This document shows positions 35,625 through 46,480 of a DNA stretch of 64,000 nt, in pieces; positions within the stretch are counted from its first letter, which is position 1, and every line of letters begins with the position of its first letter. A program made the translations under genes and the position numbers. The notes under the pieces were generated by a model, which saw only the letters and a list, made by a program, of their open reading frames with translations, was not told the origin of the DNA and made no database searches. The DNA is from Lama guanicoe (lineage: Eukaryota): contig MU054738.1 in NCBI GenBank assembly GCA_013239625.1, forward strand, positions 6,845,083-6,909,082. Reading direction: 5' to 3'.

Positions 35625-35850
35625 CTACTTCTAGCGTTCATGAGCACTTCCAGGTTCCAGGTTCTGTACTGAGTAAGTTCTTGCCACCTATTTTCTCATT
35701 TAATCCTGACAATGACTTTGTGACTCAGATAGTTTTTTGTTTTGTTTTGTTTTGTTTTTTGCTGATGATCAGTAGGCTTGGAAAGGTCAACTTCTAACAA
35801 GGTCACACGGTGTCAAGGTTCGATCCCATGGAAGTCTCTTCCATGTTACC
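35625..35850 (-). mobile_element. MIR SINE with internal (TTTTG)n
   Basis: 'atgagcacttccaggttccaggttctgtactgag...tctcatttaatcctgacaatgac...aaggtcacac'. Confidence 0.8.
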
Positions 35851-36099
35851 CTGTCCCCTAAGACAGGACAGCCTTCATAAGAAATAAAGATACCTGAATA
35901 CTTACTGAAATGATACCGTATAGAGTAGCCAAGGCCACGTTTGTCCACATATTGAAGATAGACACATACTGTTATTTTTCCATTGAATTTAACCTTATTA
36001 TCCCAGGAATTTCTGCTCCTCTCCTTCAGATGATGATAATCCTGTTTATATTTGTCTGTAACCCACGAGCCATTTATTTTGCCAAGTTCAAGAAATAGT

Positions 36100-36280
36100 A
36101 ACTTCAGATCACGAACAGCAAAAATCAGAGAAGGAAGACTAGTTATAGGAATAAGAGAGGAGACTATAGCAACTTGAAATTCAAAAGCTCAAGAGGAAGA
36201 TAAACGTCTTTTTAAATGTGTATGAAGTCAAGAGACCATAAACGAGAGAAGTAAAGGTTAAGCTACAGCGTCTTCCTGTA
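36100..36280 (+). mobile_element. Possible CR1/L3 ORF2 remnant
   Basis: Purine-rich; 'aaacgtctttttaaatgtgtatgaagtcaagagaccataaacgagaga' loosely recalls the CR1 'K.FFKYV.SK...KE.V' segment. Confidence 0.3.
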
Positions 36281-36879
36281 ATTGTGGGACTGAAGCGAAG
36301 AGTGGCTTCAGAATAGCATACGGTGGAAGCTGCATCCGAGGTGCTGTGCGTCATGAACTTTCTGTGTGGGTGAATCCAGAGGTGGGTTAACTAACCATGC
36401 CTATTGTGGGTTTAACATAAATGTTATAATTTTGTTTGTCCAAAACATGCCATTGTTCTCTTACATACTGGCCTCCATGATTCATCAAGGAGGCAGGCAC
36501 ACAGCCGAGGTCAAGGATGTGGGGACTCCAAGGTGATGCTGTCTCTGAGCCCCAGAGAGGAGATGCTTCCTCCAGAGGGATTTTACGATTTGACTCCACC
36601 CAGTGAAGGGAACAGCTCTCTTTTCCTTTTCCCTTTCTTCCATTTGCCCCCAAAACAAATGAGAACAAAACAACTCGTAAGTGAGAATGATGTCTGTGGG
36701 CAGGGGAGGTGCTATATGGAAAACAACCCAGGCTCCTGTACTCCTTCGTGATGACCACGAGGGGAATTAGTCACATGCTCATGTTTCTGATTTATAACCT
36801 GATGTGGCATCGTGCTCTATGTGGAATGAGGAATCCTAGCTGCTGCTGACTTAAGGCAAAACTCGGAGGTGCGGGGATT

Positions 36880-37155
36880 CCCATGCACACCAGTTCCTAG
36901 GGGAGCTGTTTCCCACCCCCTTGATATATGCATGGCTGTGTGACTTCTCTAGGCTACAAGCATGCGCTTTATTGCTGGTGTCTGCACTTCCTCTCCCCCT
37001 GTCATGGGAGTGGTGGGAGTCAAGAAGACACGGAGGTGCCCGAAGGTTGGGTCACGGTGCCTGCTCATGGAGGACGGCTGCCGCAGAGTCATTCAGACCT
37101 GCAGGGGATGCTGCCTGAGTGAGAAATAAACTTTTGTTGTGCTGAACCCTTGAGG
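36880..37155 (+). mobile_element. MLT1 (MLT1I/J-like) LTR fragment
   Basis: 'tttcccacccccttga...gcatggctgtgtgactt' and 'catggaggacggctgcc...tgagtgagaaataaacttttgttgtgctgaacc'. Confidence 0.75.
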
Positions 37156-37549
37156 GGTGAGGGCAGAGAAGACCCCACGGAGGACTGAGAGCTGGCCTTG
37201 AATCAATTTGGTTATTTTTCCCTCTGCATAGAATCAGTGGCCTTGAGAATCAATGGGATTTCATAGGAGTTTTTCTTATAGAGTTATAGTGTATTACGGA
37301 GCCCCAGAAACTGAAGTCCTCATCTCCAGGAGTAGTAGCCAGGTGGTAGAAAATCTGGAAGATAGGACATATTTCAATCAATGTGTTTTTCACTTCTCTT
37401 CCCCTTTCCAAGCTTCGTAACTAATGCTTATCTGTTCTGACCTGGGAGAATTGCCCCTCTTCCCTTGTGCTCAGGTGTGCACAGGTCCTTTTTTATACAG
37501 TCAGTGTTTGTTTGTGTGTAACCATGTGCTTACTGTTTACTGTTCCTGG

Positions 37550-38015
37550 TCTTCCGTCTGGGAACATTTCCTTCTGCCAGAAGAAAGCCTCTTGGTGTTT
37601 CATTTAGTGGGGGTCTGCTTGCTGCCTGCATACTCGGGCTTTTGTTGGTATAAAGTGTCTTCATTCACCTTTCACCCTTGAAGAATATTTTTGCCATGTA
37701 CCATGTGATACTAGGTTGGCAGGTGATTTCCTTCCGTCATTTGTAGTCATCATTCTGTTGTTTTCTGCCTTCCATTGTTCTGTTGAAAATCAGCTCTCAG
37801 TCTGATTACTGCCCATTTGCAGTTACTTTGTCTTCTTTCTCTGGCTGATTGTAAGATTTTCTCTTTGTCTTTTTTGGTGTCCTGGAGTTTTATTGTGATA
37901 TTTCCAGGTGTGTGTTTCTTTACAGTTATCTTGCTAGGGGTTTGCTGCACTTCTTGGTGGTGTGGATAAATTAATGCATCATTCTTTGACTTGGCAAATG
38001 CTCTCTGAACACATG
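37550..38015 (-). mobile_element. Ancient L1M ORF1 remnant
   Basis: Minus-strand ORF 37750-38121 contains EVQQTPSKI...TPGNITIKLQDTKKDKEKILQSARE...IRLRADF, matching the L1 ORF1p RRM/CTD region. Confidence 0.9.
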
Positions 38016-38489
38016 CCCCAGAGCTTGGTGTGTAGTGGTGAGACAAGACTGGGAAGCAGGAAGTCCCAGGATGGAGGCTGCCGGGAGCTCTGGGGCCAGC
38101 ACTGGGGCCCTGGGAACACATTCTGAGGTAGTTGTCTGAGCCAAGTTCTGACGGACAGGTAGAGGATCAGCAGGTACAGCATGAGCAGAGGCTGGCGGGG
38201 AGTGCGTCGGATGTAAGGTCTGCAAATACAAGGCTCCAGGGCAGGAGGGCGTGAAGGCTGTGGGGCTGCAAGCAGGTCAGCGTGTCTGCAGAGTGAGGGC
38301 AGAGCTGAAAGGGGAGGCCAGAGGCCAGGCTGGTTTGTCACCTGCAGCTGTGTCGCCTCTTCTTAGCTTTGGGCAGATACTTACTTCCTATACGACATCT
38401 TTCCTGGGATGATCTAGACCGCCTCAGCCTCATCTTGTCCAGGGGTCTGCCTTGTATTTCCCAAATCTCAGTCTCCTCTAGACCCCTAG

Positions 38490-38965
38490 GCCCTCTAGTC
38501 AGTCGCACAGACCGGAGAACTGGGCGTCATCCTTCGTGACTCGATGGCCCATGGGACTTTGTCCCCGTGCCTCTAGTCCCACCTCACACCGTGCTTTGTC
38601 TTGACTGCTCCACTCCAGCTACACTGACCTGCCTTTCAGTTTCTCCAGCACAGGCTCCCTCCTGTCGGTAGGTTTTACAGGTGGTGGTCCTTCTTCCTGG
38701 AAGGCTTCCCCTCCCACCTCACCACTTCCTTGGGGAAGCCTATCCAGCCCCACCCCATCCCCATCACATGTTCTCATCTGCATCACATTTGCTCTCACAG
38801 GGCCAGTCACAGCATGTGGGTGGACGCTGACCTGTGTGGTGGTGCACGTGGGGCTGGCTGCCCCGCTCACCTGGTGCCTGAGGGCAGAGAGCATGTGTGC
38901 TCTGCTACGCTTATTCTCAGGGCCCGCACAGAGAACGTGCACAATAAATACTTGTGGAAGGAACG
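38490..38965 (+). mobile_element. L2 3' end
   Basis: 'ctccagctacactgacctgcctttcagtttctccagcac', 'cctgagggcagagagcatgtgtgct', 'gtgcacaataaatacttgtggaaggaa'. Confidence 0.8.
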
Positions 38966-38984
38966 TTCTGGAGCTGTATTAAAC

Positions 38985-39530
38985 GGGTTTGGGCATTGTC
39001 TTGAGGGCACCTAGGAACCACCAATGTTGTGAAAGAGGGAATGATTACATAAGAGTTCATGCTTTAGAACGCTCTCTGTGGACTAGAGTTGGGAAACGAA
39101 TTGGAGGAGCCAAGACTGGGAGCAGAGGAACCTGATGGGGTTGTTATGTTGGCGCAGGTGGGAGATGAGGTTGCAGAACCAAGACAGCCTCAGTGGAGGC
39201 GGGGAAGAGTGGGCAGGGGTGGGAGGTGTTAGGGACCCAACCTGGTGGGACCTAGTGACTGAGTGGAGGGGGGACAGGATGCCTGTCAGATCTCTGGCTT
39301 GAATCGTTGAGCCAATGGTGGCTCCATCTATGAAACAGGGAGCAGAGGGAAGGGGTGGGGGGTGTTTACTAAAGAAGGAAGATGGCTTTATGGAAAGGAA
39401 GGTGATTGATCTGGCCTTGGGCTTGTTGAGTTGAGATATAGGTGCCTGAGAGACAACTGAGCTTAGTCTCCTGAGAAGTCAGCCCTCAAGGTAGGGGGTT
39501 GGGATTTGTCGTGAAACCAGCATAAAATGC
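38985..39530 (-). mobile_element. L2 fragment
   Basis: 'gggtttgggcattgtcttgagggcac', 'caggtgggagatgaggttgcagaaccaagacagcctcagtggagg', 'ttgggcttgttgagttgagat'. Confidence 0.8.
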
Positions 39531-40889
39531 TTTCTGTACAGTCTGCCGAGTGCCTCTGGGCAACTGAGGACTTACTTAAGCGTCACTTACCAATCTTGAC
39601 ACAAAAGACATACGTATTTGAATTTTTATAGAGAAATAACAGTAAAGGGACAAGTCTGAATGGAGAACATCCTGAAGTGACTTGAAACTGGGGTCCTTTG
39701 CCTTTGGCTGGCTCTGTCAGTTGAGTGTAGAAGTTGAGTGTAGAAGTTGAGTGAGGGGCGGCTGCGGAAGCCAAGGGGACAAGCACCATTCCCTCCTGGA
39801 GGGGCCGCCACCCCTGCCGGAGCCGTCCACTTGGGCCCTTCCGCTTGCAAGCAGTTTCTGTTTAGTTTGTAGCTCTGGAGGAGAGAGACGTGAAGAGGTC
39901 AGCCTCAGAGCAGACGCAGCAGGGTAAACGTTAACTAGATGTCAACCTGGCCCCCTTTCCCATCAGACGAGTAATGGATTGAACACTCAGGCTGAGCAGT
40001 AGCCAGCCTGGAAAGCCTGTATTGACTTTTGGAAGATCATGAAAGAGAAATGGAGGTTTCCTAAATGGGAACCGTTTTCACACATGTGGATGGGTTGCCT
40101 GCGCTACGTCCCCTAGGCTAAAGTGGCCAAACAGGACGGGACGTTGCGAGACTCCCCTGGTCAGTTCTCATCAAGCAAACTGAAGGGTGCGGAGAGCTTG
40201 TTCTGAAATGGCCAGACTCTCCTCCTGACGGATTAATCTTGCTGGCACTGCTTCTCACACCTGGGGCGCTCTCTACGAAGGCATTCCTGCTAGGGCCACA
40301 GCGTCCTCCTGGGGAACCAGTGTGCCACTGGGATTTCACCAGGACTCGGGTTTATCAGAGAAAGTCATGTAGAGGAACCCTCTGCACACCCCTGGGGTCT
40401 CCTGAGACGTGCTCTCCTCCCCAGGGTCTGGGGAGACCACCAGGGTTCACATGTCTGACTCTCACACCTTGTGATGTTGAAGAGATCTCAACATTTGAAC
40501 TCTGTGTGTTAAGTGAAGAATTCCACTTTTTTCTCATAAACTGTCTTACAGACACAAACTGATTTTATGACAAGACTTTCTTTTCTCTAATGTTTACTTT
40601 CTTTAGCTCCCAAGCCTTCATTTTTGTCACTATGACCTGAGAAATAAATTCAGCTCAACTGCAGCCATCATATTTTTCAGATAATGGAATGGATGCAAAT
40701 AGCCATCCCCATCTTCCTGTGCCTTTGAGCCTCTCCCAACAGACAGTGAGGTCGGGCAGGCCATCACCATTCCAGTGCCCAGCGTTGGGACCTGGTGTCA
40801 AATCAGCCCCACTTTGATCTTGACTGTGTTATGGACAAATGTGAAAATAGACCGTGGCTTTACACCACGTCTCTCTCTGCAATTTACGG

Positions 40890-41045
40890 AAAGAGCTCTG
40901 GGTCATTGGATTTAAGTGCAAACAGCCGAGTTTGAGTTCTGACTTTGTGACGTGGGGCTAGTCGTTCAACCACCTGGCTTCAGTTTCTGTGACGCATAAA
41001 ATGAAGACTGAGCCACGTGATTGTTAAGATGCTTCCCAGCTCTCT
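40890..41045 (+). mobile_element. MIR/MIR3 fragment
   Basis: 'tgtgacgtggggctagtcgttcaaccacctggcttcagtttctgtgacgcataaaatgaag'. Confidence 0.65.
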
Positions 41046-43954
41046 TCCCCCCAGTTCTGTGCTTCTGAAGCACCCCTGACTTGCAGCCCTTGCTTCCCCA
41101 GTGAGGCCCCTGGCCCTCAACCCCGTGTTGGTCCAGCCCCAGGGCTGTGCTCAGTGTGGCTGCCCCTCTGTGCTCTCTGTCTCCTGAGGCCCAGTCCCCC
41201 AACCACGTTCCCGTCTCCTCCCTTCTGCAGCCTCCCCTCCCTGCCGGCATAGGGTCAGCCAGGTCTGTCTCTCTTATTCCTGTCTCCCCTTGTATGTTCC
41301 TGTCCCCTCCTGCCACCTCCAACCTCTGGGCCAAGCTCTGAGCCAGTGTCCAGTCCTGCACAGACCTTCTTGTGAAAGAAGAAAGTCACCTGGTGAGTTG
41401 ATTCACAGTGAAACACTGATGACGAGGTTCCTTTCTTCTGGTGGAGGTCTCCCATCTGCTACGTGTTCAGTGTGCAGTGGGGTGAGGCCAGTCCCGTCGC
41501 CCTGTCTGTGGCTGGCACCATCGAAGCCCTGAGCCGCCCCACAGGACTGCCCTGGGATCACCTAGCGAGCACCTGGATAGTGCTTTGGGGAGACAGACTG
41601 TGGACAAGTGTTCACACAAGGTGACTTCTGGAGACAGCAGCCCTGGATGCTATCCCGGGTGTCATCACTGTCACCCTCTGTCCGCTCATGTCCTCAGCTT
41701 GGTCCTGGGAGACGAGGTTCCCCACCGCGTCTAGGGGCCGGCTGGCTGCACTGCTCGTGCCACCACCCTGGACTGGCCTCCTGGGCCCTGCTCCACAGCT
41801 GGCCAGTGTCCTTCTCTCTGCTTTCCCTGCACGGCGGGAGGGCAGGCGGGGAAGAGTCCTTAACTTTTATGTACTAAGGTTCGTTATGTTAATATCATAA
41901 TTTGAGTCTGGAACAGGAAAAGGAAGAACATTCAGATGCAAAATGTTATTGGCCCCATGAGAATGAGACGTAAATACACGCTGTGGAACCTGAAAGATTT
42001 CAAATCCAAAATGGCAGCCGCCAAATCAAACGCATTTGCTGGGCCGTCGTTTGTTGACAGTGAGTCAGGAGTGGCTTCTGAGGCATCGATTTCCAGCCTT
42101 CTCGCCTTGTGTTTTGGATCTGAGCACAGAGGCTGCCCTTTGGATAGGCTGCATTTCCACGGAAAAGCACCAGGCTCTTGGCCTAGGAGGGGGCGTTGTT
42201 CCAAATCTGGACATCCTTGTGAGAGAGGTTCCCATGGCTGCCATCCTTCACCAGATGAGTTGTTTTTGTCTCGTTTCAGAGAAGAAGAAGTGCCTGTGCA
42301 TCTTAAAATTAATCCTTCATGAAAATAATTATTTACTTCATTTTGTGCCCATTTTTAATGGTGAGCTGGTGTTGGGATTAAAAGTTCAGCCTTGGGCAGT
42401 CAGTTTGAGCAAAAAGTAATTTGGGGAATGTTAGAAACCTCTGTTAATCACTTTCATGTTATAGGACCACCTGCTTTAACTGGTGAGACAGATAGTCTCT
42501 CCTTGTATCCCACTTCTTGAGATGAAAGATGAGATTAAGTAAGTCTGTTCAAGGCATTTGAGGTCTTATCAAAATAAAGGAGGCCAAAAGGAAGGAAAGG
42601 AGAGAGAGACGAAGTGTCTGTATTTGTAGGAAAGAACATGTACTCCTGTCATTCGGGTCACAATTTTAGGTACCTTCATGCTTGTTAACATCACAAGGAG
42701 TCACTGCCACATGCCACACAGACCACACACAAGTACGGTGTGATCGGAAACACGGAAGGCCACAGACAGTCCCCAGAGCTTCTGACTGTTCTGTGAGTTA
42801 CCCTTTGGAAGCAATTTGAAAGCCAGACTCAGTTAGGAAAAGCCCTCCTCTGGGACTCCGGGGGGATTCGAAATCTTTGATCACTGCTTTTCCATAATGA
42901 GCTCTGATACTTCGAAGGCCACCTCATCCTGGCCACGTGCAGAGGCATTGAGCTCCTGTCTGTAAGACGCTGCTTAGAAACTGGGCGTGAGGCAGAGATG
43001 AAGCAGTGGAAGCTGGTGTCTCCAGGAGGTGTGAACCCTGAGCCCTGACCCATCCTGAGGCTCAGGGCCAGCCTCTGGGCACAAGGGACACTGTGGCCAC
43101 CAAATCAGCCATAAGCACCTGTGAGTCCTGAACAGGAAGGGGGACGGCCCAAGTGTGAGCAGCTTGTCGTCCCACAGTAGCACCTCTTGAGGCTGGCTGT
43201 GATGGCTGCTTTTCTAGCTGCGGGTCCCCTGCTCAGACACAGGCCTGGGCTCCCCAGGGTGGGGCTGGGGAGAGAACACTTTGGGCAAGGAAGGCTCTCA
43301 AGTCACACAGGCTCTTCCACCTGGAGTGCGATCCCAGGGGCTCTCACCGCCCGGCCTGAGCTGCAGGGACACGCTGCCAACACGTGCTGACACTTGAAAG
43401 CAGCAGACAGCTTGAATTAATCAGACAGGAATGAAATCACAGCTGGTTCTCCGGTCAGTACCTGAGCTCTCCACTGGCAACTGAAGTCATAGAAAGTACA
43501 CTGAAGAGAGGCCAAAAGAGAGGGTTAAAATACCTAAAAGGAGTAAGAAAATGTTCCGAAGAGGAGTTTTTCGAAAAGGTGCCTTGACAAGGATTGCTGG
43601 ATGATAGAGAATCCAGTGGGCCGTATGTGTCGTTGAGATGCAGGCTGTAAGCAGCCGTGTGGGTGGATGGTGTAGTCCTGGGGAGAGCGATTGGGAGTGG
43701 TGGCTGGGGTTGTCCGATACGAGATCTTCACATGAACTGCCCACTCCCACAGGTCCATTCATCTCCCTCCTGGTCCATTTACGGGTGTGCCACCGTCTGT
43801 CTCACCAGAGAGGAATAAAATCAGAGGTGTAGAGATACCTAGGTGAATCAGAAGTGCCCGTTGTTTCTCTAAGGGGTGGTCAGAGAAGTTTCCACAGCGA
43901 GCCCCGCCATGAGAATGTGTGGACACACTGGTGGGGGCTCCACCACTGCGAGTG

Positions 43955-44530
43955 ATGCCTTTTGGTGCTCTGGGGTTGACATTTTGGCTGATGGTTCTTT
44001 GTTGTGTGCGGTTATGGACTGAATGTTTGTTCTCCCTCCACAGTCATACATTGACGTCCTCACTGCCAATGTGATGGCATCTGGAGATGGGGGTCTGTGG
44101 GAGGTGATTACTTTTATGTGAAGTCATGAGGAAGGTGTCCTCGTCAAGGGATTAGTGCCCTTTAGGAGGAAAGAGAGAGAGACTGGAGTGCTCTTTCCCA
44201 CTCTCCCTGCCTCACGAGGACACAGCCAGAAGGGCTGACTGCCACCCAGAGAGAGAGATCCTACCAGAAACCAAACCCTGCAGGACCTTGATCTGGACTT
44301 TACAGTCTCCAGAGGTGTGAGAAGATAAAATTCAGTTGTTAATGCCACATAATGCGTGGTGTTTGTTTTGGCAGCTCAAACTGACACAAGCACATTTTTG
44401 TATGTTTGGCACCATCTCTGGTTTCTACTCACTGCATGCCTGTAGCATCCTCCCAGTAGTGACAATAAAGTGCCTCTGGACACTGCCAGATGCCCCCTGG
44501 GGGCAAAGCTGCCCCCACTTGAAAACCAGA
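43955..44530 (-). mobile_element. MER20 hAT element split by an MLT1A insertion (pieces ~43955-44009 and 44389-44530)
   Basis: Left 'ttgacattttggctgatggttctttgttgtg'; right 'catctctggtttctactcactgcatgcctgtagca...gacactgccagatgccccctgggggcaaagctgcccccacttgaaaacca'. Confidence 0.85.
44010..44388 (+). mobile_element. MLT1A (MaLR) solo LTR, full length
   Basis: Starts 'gttatggactgaatgtttgt'; 'gggattagtgccc', 'accttgatctggactt...tctccagaggtgtgagaagataaa'; ends in 'gacaca'. Confidence 0.92.
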
Positions 44531-46466
44531 GAGGTGCAGACAGGAGTACACGTCTGATTTTGTGTGATTTAGCCGGCATGAGTTCTGCAAATTGGGCATG
44601 AATGGACAGGGATTCGGTCTGAGAACTGCCCTCTGACCACTTGTGCAATCCCGTTTGTGGATCTAGGACAGCCCGAAGGCAGCTGAAGAGGAAAAGCCTC
44701 GAAGGAGAATGGGGACTGCTGCCAAACACAGGCATTGGCCCTCTGTGGGTGCCTGGAGAGCCCTAGCCCCTGGAAGGGATGGATCCTGCGGTCCACGCTG
44801 GACCCCAAGCCCCTGCCTTCCCTCAGCTCACTGCCCTGCTGGGTGGCTGGGAGACAAAGCTTAGTATCGTGAATGACCTGGTTTCTTCTCAAAGTTTCAA
44901 AAACATCCTCTTGATGTGGCCACTGTTACTCACGTGGAAACTTGACGAATGGATTTTGGAGATGCTCTTTTTCAGACAGGCTTGGATGAGACAAGCTTTG
45001 AAATTTGGACTCAAATCAGAGGGAAGACTCTGGATAATTGCCCTTAAATTACCTGGGGCTTTTGGGATGCTGAAGAGAGAAAATATTCCATAGACGTACC
45101 CTGAGAAATCATTTCCATCTGAGATGGTTTGGACCAGCTTTCCAATAAAGGGATGATGTGTCTATTTCCAGTTGTGCGTTCCCTGAAAATGGACGTAGCC
45201 ATTGCAGAATTTCGTAATTTCCTTCAGGTTATTAGTTTTAAGCCTGGTCCCTGCTCTTTTCCAGGCATTTCTGGAACCATGAGAAATACACAGGGCCATT
45301 CAGAGTTTATGGACAGGAAGGCACCCCACATGTTTGGGCTGGTACACAGAGGCTCCAGCAAGGTGTTGGTGCCTGAGTGTGCCACCTCTAAGTGTCTTTA
45401 AAGCCTTGATAACAAATGTTGAGTCCCAGAAGTGGTGGAACTTCGCTCCATTGTCTCGTCTCTGCCTGCTTGGCCCTGCTGGGCCATCAGCTCTTCCCTG
45501 TTCTCAGTAGTGGTGTCCTGTCTGAGTCACTCTCCACCAGAGATGCATGCCCTGCACACAGAGCTCCGGTCTGTGGGTTGCACCTCGTCTCCTGTGTTTG
45601 CAGCTGCCGTTCTCTACTGGTTTTTACTGTGTCCTCCCTGGGTCCCCTAAGACTGTCAGCCCCTTGTCCTCTGCACACTGTCCTGTCTGGTCCCGGTCCT
45701 CAGATGCTCTGGTGCCTGGTGCAGCGTGAGGACCATGAGCTGCCAGCCTGCTTCCTGTTCTTCAACCTCTCCCTGCCCTAGTGCCCGTTCTCTCAAGCTC
45801 CAGTCTGCTCTCCAGGAGCCGCTGCTGTCCGTCCAGCCCCGCTTCCTTTCACTCCGAGACTTCCTCCTCCATCACGTGCCCAAGTCTGGCCAATGTGGGC
45901 GAAGTGAGGCCTCGACTCTCATAACTTTCCATAGTATTCCCTGCTCTCTCCTTCCTTCTTTGTCAACCAGACACAGAGGACCCAGGGAAGCCTTTGGAGG
46001 TACAGATGGAAGGAGGGATGGTCCCAAGTTCCTGGATGACTCTGGGATTCAAAGCTCCCCAAACCATCCATGCCTCCTCTGCTGACCTATGGGGGCAAAG
46101 TAGGAACTTTTGTCAGCTTGGCCCTGAGAATAGTGGTCATTTGTTAACAATAATTAGTCCTCCTTGACTCATGCTTGTCACCCCCCTGAGTCCCTTGAAG
46201 CCACAGTAGCCCTTCTCACCCACAGGCCCTAGGCTAGCCTCCCTGGAGTCCCAGACATGGTGGGTGTCCTGTCCTCTGCGGGCTCATCCCCTTGGTAGCT
46301 TGGGCTCTGTTTCATCAGTGCAGAGGCGACATCTCTCCCTCCCCAACCTTTTTAAAAAAAGAACTGTCCCCAGTCCAGAGCTTGCCTCCTGTGCTCCCAA
46401 CATCTGCTGGGGCTGCAGTCACCTGTGTGTCTCTCCCGCTGCAGAGTGTCTGGGGTCCCAGGTGCC

Positions 46467-46480
46467 CTGCCACCTGCTGG
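46467..46480 (-). promoter_or_regulatory. CTCF core motif
   Basis: Minus strand CCAGCAGGTGGCAG is a 14/14 match to CCASYAGRKGGCRS. Confidence 0.55.

Noticed and set aside
37750-38121. 123-aa ORF similar to L1 ORF1p
   Set aside because: Only about 65 residues are L1-like, the rest is unrelated flank, and the frame breaks; not an L1TD1-like gene
38490-39530. Oppositely oriented L2 pair forming dsRNA
   Set aside because: The copies are highly diverged and cover mostly different parts of L2, so extended pairing is unlikely
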